Assembly: GCA_048938295.1 (NCBI GenBank)
Contig: JBHLMI010000035.1
Span: forward strand, 1-21,697
DNA length: 21,697 nucleotides
Reading direction: 5' to 3'
Source of the DNA: Promethearchaeota archaeon
GTDB lineage: Archaea; Asgardarchaeota; Hermodarchaeia; Hermodarchaeales; Hermodarchaeaceae
Shown: positions 17,093 through 21,697 of the stretch, piece by piece
Position numbering within the stretch: position 1 is the first letter of the stretch
How the letters are laid out: the number at the start of each line of letters is the position of its first letter
Translations under genes and position numbers: made by a program
Notes under the pieces: model-generated
Seen by the model: the letters and a program-made list of their open reading frames with translations, nothing else
Database searches by the model: none
What the model was told of the DNA's origin: nothing

Positions 17093-18268
17093 TCAGAGAA
17101 CATTAATCGAGCTTGCCATTTCTCGCATCTGACGTAACCTACGAAATAGATCCAAACGTCCAGTACGAAAAATTTCGAGCCGTTGTTTATCAGCATCAAG
17201 GAATTTTGCTACTATCGATGACTTCAGTAGTTCTGGCAGGACTTCAACGGATTTCAGGAGATATTCGCCAATTTGAAGTTGGTCATCCATGGAAACCAAT
17301 GCGGTTTCAGCTTGATGAAGGGCATACGATAGAGCATCAAAACGTATCTCCTGCGGTAAGAGTTCATGAGCCGATTTCGTGGGATGCTTTGTAAACATCA
17401 CAAACCATTCGGCGGGATTAATTTCATCTGGAAGAATTGCGTTGAGGATAGCCAGTTCATGGTCAATGTAAAGGTTTCCTACTTGAATGCGTTGCGAGAG
17501 GAGTTCATGTAGTGCCACGCTGGCTTCGGTAAGCAGATCGAATTGGATTTGAATTTTAGACATCCATTCCAATGAGAGAAAATTAAAACTGGCACTGATG
17601 GCGGAGAATTGTGAAAGAAGATTGACAATGACATCAATATAGCTAGCTAGGGCGTGAAGCGCCCGATTGAAGTCAGCATTGCTAGCCTCATCCAGAAAAC
17701 CTTGTAGGGCAGTAATTAGGGCATCGAGATCCACGTCTAACCAGGCATCAAGGGCTTTTTCCCATCGACTTAGTTCTGGTGATTGATACTTGCTGAAAAG
17801 GTTTCGTAAGCCCTGGCGAGTAACGCCAAGATTACGCATTTCAATGAGTAGCTGTTCGAGCTCTAAGCCAGTATCTGCAGCAATCCAGCGAAGATATGTT
17901 AACCCATCCGAGGACGCTTGAATTCGGGTTTTGATATCGTCTTGGGCTAATAGTCGGACGGCTTTTTGTTTTTTCTCAAAAAGGGCTCTTTTGTCAATGG
18001 GAGAGAAGTAGAGATTTGTTGCCAGATTCTCAAGATGGGCCCGCCATTGTCGGGCGTGATTTAGGGCGCTATTTATCTCATTGAGTAGATGAGCCAGTTC
18101 ACCGATAAACTGATTCTCAAGTTTTAATATGGCTTCAGGATGGGTTATTAGCGCGTGGTAATCGGGAAAACGGAAAACACCTGAATCAATAAGCATTACA
18201 CATTGATTAAATTCCCGAACAGCGTCCAGATAGTCTGCAAGCTGGTGCCGTAAGTCAGCAGTATCCAT
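17093..18268 (-). CDS. Hypothetical soluble, predominantly alpha-helical protein
   Basis: 391 aa, Leu/Ala/Glu-rich heptad-like patterns, no TM, GAGGA SD 9 nt upstream; no family recognised. Confidence 0.8.
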   Translation of the reverse strand: MDTADLRHQLADYLDAVREFNQCVMLIDSGVFRFPDYHALITHPEAILKLENQFIGELAHLLNEINSALNHARQWRAHLENLATNLYFSPIDKRALFEKKQKAVRLLAQDDIKTRIQASSDGLTYLRWIAADTGLELEQLLIEMRNLGVTRQGLRNLFSKYQSPELSRWEKALDAWLDVDLDALITALQGFLDEASNADFNRALHALASYIDVIVNLLSQFSAISASFNFLSLEWMSKIQIQFDLLTEASVALHELLSQRIQVGNLYIDHELAILNAILPDEINPAEWFVMFTKHPTKSAHELLPQEIRFDALSYALHQAETALVSMDDQLQIGEYLLKSVEVLPELLKSSIVAKFLDADKQRLEIFRTGRLDLFRRLRQMREMASSINVL

Positions 18269-18380
18269 TCAAGTGCATCCTCGCCAGAATCCCAGCTACT
18301 CATCGGCAAGGTGCCTTTTAAGTTTCAGTGACAGGACGATCTTGAATCCCTGTAGTCACGGATTCCTCGACAAACTAAGT

Positions 18381-19010
18381 TCAACCGGTTTTTTCCCATT
18401 TCTTGTTGAGTTTTTGTAATTCAACTAAGATCTGCTGTAAAAGAATTGAAGTATCATTGGCTTGCGTGGATTCAACCTCTGTGGTTAACGCATAACCCGA
18501 ACGGTAACGACGAACCAAGTCTAAGATTTGATTATTGACTTTTTCGTAATTTTCTAATCCATCTAGAGCTAGTTCTGGTGAAGGTTTACCTGATTGAGCG
18601 CCCATCTGTCCCGCTGTCTCAATCTTCATACTCCCAATTCCTAATAATCTATCATAAGGTCCTCGTCGGAGTGACACGTTGGTTATCGCCCGGACTGGCA
18701 CCACTCGACGTGTCAGAGTTATGACACCGCGAGATACAACGATTTCGTCATCTTGGATGGAGTAACGGATTCGGCTATAATAGAGAGGAATCAGAAAGAC
18801 TCCAGGAACTGTCCAGATAAAACAGAAGATGAAACCCCAAAATAGCGTATTGTTCCAGGTCAATAATGTCCAAGGACCCGGAGGTATTATGAAAAACAGC
18901 ATAAAAGCAAGTGGTACGACAAAGAGCAGATAAAAGAACAGTGGGGTGGTGAATAACTGCAGGAAATATTTGGTGCGCAAGCGCGGATTCGGGCGAAACT
19001 CCATATCCAT
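18381..19010 (-). CDS. PH-domain (bPH_2/DUF304, YdbS-like) membrane protein
   Basis: Two N-terminal TM helices, then RYSIQDDEIVVSRGVI...VPVRAITNVSLRRGPYDRLLGIGSMKIETAG; aggaggt SD upstream. Confidence 0.85.
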   Translation of the reverse strand: MDMEFRPNPRLRTKYFLQLFTTPLFFYLLFVVPLAFMLFFIIPPGPWTLLTWNNTLFWGFIFCFIWTVPGVFLIPLYYSRIRYSIQDDEIVVSRGVITLTRRVVPVRAITNVSLRRGPYDRLLGIGSMKIETAGQMGAQSGKPSPELALDGLENYEKVNNQILDLVRRYRSGYALTTEVESTQANDTSILLQQILVELQKLNKKWEKTG

Positions 19011-19143
19011 ACCTCCTGATTGCTAGCAAGTAATGGGATAAAAACTCTAGCAGTTGAATCGTCGCAAGAAGCGTTGAAATGGTAAGCCTTTTCCTCTATG
19101 AAACCCCATATTGTGCTAATCTCTATAGGGAGGACAACGAATC

Positions 19144-20826
19144 ATGGAAAAACCCTGGCTGAAATTTTACGAACCCGGTGTCCCTGAAAATCTCGAAATC
19201 CCCGAAATCCCCCTCTTTCAACTTCTCGAAGATTCTGCAAAGGATTTTCCCGATAATACCCTTGGTGTTTTTCTCGGACAAGAAAAAACTTACAAACAAG
19301 TGCTAGAAGAAGTCAACCGATTAGCAACCGCGTTGAATAAAATGGGCATTAAGCAAGGTGATGTCGTCGGCCTTATGTTAGGAAACATGCCCCAATTTAT
19401 CACCGCATTCTTTGGAGTCCTCAAGGCTGGAGCAATCCTCACACTGATCAATCCACTCTACCAAGCGCCTGAAGTCAAGTTCCAGCTCAACGATTCGGGT
19501 GCGAAGGCTTTAATCATCATTGACATTATGCATGATAGCTATGCCAAAATCCGTGATGAAACTAAAGTGCAACATACTATTGTCACGACAATGGCGGATG
19601 CATTCCCAGGCATGCAGGTCAGCTTTAAACCACCTGAAGGTGTTAAAGGATATCACATGTGGGGTGAACTCCTCGAATCAGCTGAGCCAAAACCCCCCAA
19701 ACTCAAAATAAAACCCAAAGACACCCCTGCAGTACTTCTCTACACAGGTGGCACCACTGGTGTACCAAAGGGAGCAATACTCACTCATCATAATCTTGTT
19801 GCAAATGCTTACCAATGCAACAGCTGGATTCCTTTCGCTGAACGTGGAGCAGGAGACAGTACACTTGCCGTGATTCCATTCTTCCATTCCTTTGGACTCA
19901 CCGTCTGCTTGCTCAACACCATCACTCTCGCCGACCGATTGATCCTCCATCCACGACCTGACCTAGATCAGATCCTCCGCGATATCCCACGCTACAACGT
20001 TGCCTTCTTTCCAGGCGTCCCAACCATTTACTCTTCCCTACTCCAACGAGACGACCTTGACCAATACGACCTGAAATCGATGACCGCTTGTTTATCTGGT
20101 GCAGCCCCTCTCCCAATGGCTGTCGCCAAAGCCTTTGAAGACATCGCGGGCGCTAACCTTGTCGAAGGCTATGGGCTCACAGAAGCGAGCCCGGTGACTC
20201 ATGCAAACCCCATTCAGCAGAACCCGCCTTTTGACAAGAAACGCGAAGGCTCCGTTGGTGTTCCGATGCCCAGCACACTGGCTAAAATCATCGATCTCGA
20301 TACGGGTGAAGACCTCCCACCTGGACAGGAAGGTGAATTGGTCATTAAGGGACCTCAGGTTATGAAAGGCTATTGGAATAAACCCGAAGAAACAGCGCAA
20401 CAACTGACCGAAGATGGCTGGCTGCGTACCGGTGATATCGCCAAAATGGATGAGGACGGCTACTTCTATATCGTCGACCGAGCGAAACAAATGATTGACC
20501 GAGCTGGATTCAAAGTCTGGCCGCGTGACGTGGAAGAAGTGCTCTTCGAACATCCAAAGATCGCTGAAGCTGCTGTATTCGGTATTCCAGACGAACAACG
20601 TGGGGAAACCGTCATGGCCGTCGTCGTAGTCAAACAAGGTGAAAAAATCACCGCCGAAGAAGTCATCGAATACACCAAAGACAAACTCGCCTACTATAAA
20701 CGACCCCAATTCGTCGAATTCCGTGATGAACTTCCAAAAAGCATGGTTGGTAAGGTGCTTCGTCGGGTGCTCCAAGATGAGCAGTTGGAAAAGATGGGTA
20801 AGAAGTCCATTGTGAACCGCAAATAA
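19144..20826 (+). CDS. fadD: Long-chain-fatty-acid--CoA ligase (adenylate-forming enzyme)
   Basis: YTGGTTGVPKG (AMP-binding), GYGLTEASP, GWLRTGD, GFKVWPRDVEE, LPKSMVGK; GGGAGG SD at 19128-19133. Confidence 0.93.
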   Translation: MEKPWLKFYEPGVPENLEIPEIPLFQLLEDSAKDFPDNTLGVFLGQEKTYKQVLEEVNRLATALNKMGIKQGDVVGLMLGNMPQFITAFFGVLKAGAILTLINPLYQAPEVKFQLNDSGAKALIIIDIMHDSYAKIRDETKVQHTIVTTMADAFPGMQVSFKPPEGVKGYHMWGELLESAEPKPPKLKIKPKDTPAVLLYTGGTTGVPKGAILTHHNLVANAYQCNSWIPFAERGAGDSTLAVIPFFHSFGLTVCLLNTITLADRLILHPRPDLDQILRDIPRYNVAFFPGVPTIYSSLLQRDDLDQYDLKSMTACLSGAAPLPMAVAKAFEDIAGANLVEGYGLTEASPVTHANPIQQNPPFDKKREGSVGVPMPSTLAKIIDLDTGEDLPPGQEGELVIKGPQVMKGYWNKPEETAQQLTEDGWLRTGDIAKMDEDGYFYIVDRAKQMIDRAGFKVWPRDVEEVLFEHPKIAEAAVFGIPDEQRGETVMAVVVVKQGEKITAEEVIEYTKDKLAYYKRPQFVEFRDELPKSMVGKVLRRVLQDEQLEKMGKKSIVNRK

Positions 20827-21032
20827 ATCCACAACCTCATATCAGTACACAGCCTAGAGTATTCCAATGGCTCGCAGTAAGCTGACACTATCATCCTATG
20901 CGCTTTACTTGGTAAAATTAGTGTTGATACGGTTCATTCGTACTTAATCGTGACTGGAGGGACGGACAAAAAGCCTTTTCAATATGAAACAGTTAAGCGG
21001 GATAGATAATTGAGTGGAAAATAGTCTGGACA

Positions 21033-21697
21033 ATGAAATATTATATTTTATTATGGTTGGTTTTTTCGTTTATCTCCATTAGCCAACCCTTTCCATACTC
21101 TGTTGAAGTGAATGTTGGGCAGGTAAGTTGGGTCAGTCCTCAGCAATGGATTAACTTCTATTATTATGAAAATCCTGGTTATGAGCTCTATGGCATTGAT
21201 ATTACTAATTGCTCTAATGGTGACTTTATCATTTTGGGGCACTCGACAGATCTTGAGTATGGTCTGGACTCTTCGCTCCTGGTGCGGATAAACACAGGGG
21301 GAGAGGTGCTCTGGAGCCTCTTGTTTGATCTCGCAAGGCCACAAGGACTTATACATCAAGCCAATGAAACCTTCTTGTTAGTTGGAGAAAATAATATCAA
21401 TGGACAAAAATATCTTGAAATTGTTGGTATTGAAGGACTGACAGGCACCATTCTATGGTCAAAGAATCATTCACTCTTCATTGAACATGAGGTTAGGGCT
21501 GTAACAGGCACAAACGATCATGGACTATTTGTCGGCTGCAATTTAGACGATCAGATACTTCAAAACCGAACTTGGATTGGGCTCAGGTTTGACCTGAATG
21601 GTAACCTTTTATGGAACCGGACATATGCAGAGCACAATCCTGGATCTCAATGCATTGTGACAGATTGTGAGGATGGTTCCTTCCTTCTGGTTGGGCA
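21033..21697 (+). CDS. Secreted beta-propeller-repeat protein (5' part, runs off the right edge)
   Basis: Not in the ORF track. MKYYILLWLVFSFISISQP signal-like N-terminus; repeats 'RINTGGEVLWS', 'GIEGLTGTILWSK', 'RFDLNGNLLWNRTY' and 'NGDFIILG', 'DGSFLLVG'. Open to the edge. Confidence 0.85.
   Translation, partial: MKYYILLWLVFSFISISQPFPYSVEVNVGQVSWVSPQQWINFYYYENPGYELYGIDITNCSNGDFIILGHSTDLEYGLDSSLLVRINTGGEVLWSLLFDLARPQGLIHQANETFLLVGENNINGQKYLEIVGIEGLTGTILWSKNHSLFIEHEVRAVTGTNDHGLFVGCNLDDQILQNRTWIGLRFDLNGNLLWNRTYAEHNPGSQCIVTDCEDGSFLLVG

Noticed and set aside
17011-17199. 62-aa minus-strand ORF overlapping the end of the 391-aa gene, as a possible frameshift extension or UGA readthrough
   Set aside because: No slippery site, Sec-type motif or SECIS-like hairpin recognised; the main ORF ends plausibly.
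20092-20832. 246-aa antisense ORF opposite fadD
   Set aside because: Codon-aligned mirror of a gene rich in C-ending codons, which depletes reverse-strand stops; no motifs or SD.
1-21697. CRISPR array, IS element or nucleotide tandem repeats
   Set aside because: No regularly spaced direct repeats, terminal inverted repeats or transposase-like ORFs found by eye.

Overview
Archaeal chromosomal window of about 21.7 kb. The archaeal call rests on a bulge-helix-bulge (BHB) intron-containing tRNA-Trp, an archaeal/eukaryal-type TrpRS, BRE-TATA promoters and GGAGG Shine-Dalgarno sites. The gene mix would fit an Asgard-like uncultured lineage, but that is inference. Gene order: partial FAD-dependent (DAO-family) oxidoreductase with a TTG start, missing from the ORF track; HdeD/DUF308 membrane protein; lactate permease; MBL-rhodanese fusion divergent from a glutaredoxin (methanoredoxin-like) plus FTR/rubredoxin pair; PAP2 protein; tRNA-Trp(CCA) with a 67-nt intron carrying half of a C/D-box guide; zinc-ribbon membrane protein; trpS; an AT-rich patch with a small ORF, an ATP-cone-like protein and a 2-TM protein; FAD-linked 2-hydroxyacid oxidase; nitrilase-family hydrolase; a 1158-aa membrane-anchored C25 (gingipain-like) protease; an orphan all-helical protein; a bPH_2 protein; an acyl-CoA ligase; and a partial secreted beta-propeller protein, also missing from the track. 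The most unusual element is the C25 protease, which has a seven-repeat FG-GAP/integrin-alpha-like beta-propeller inserted between its predicted catalytic His and Cys. No mobile element, att site or CRISPR array was seen.
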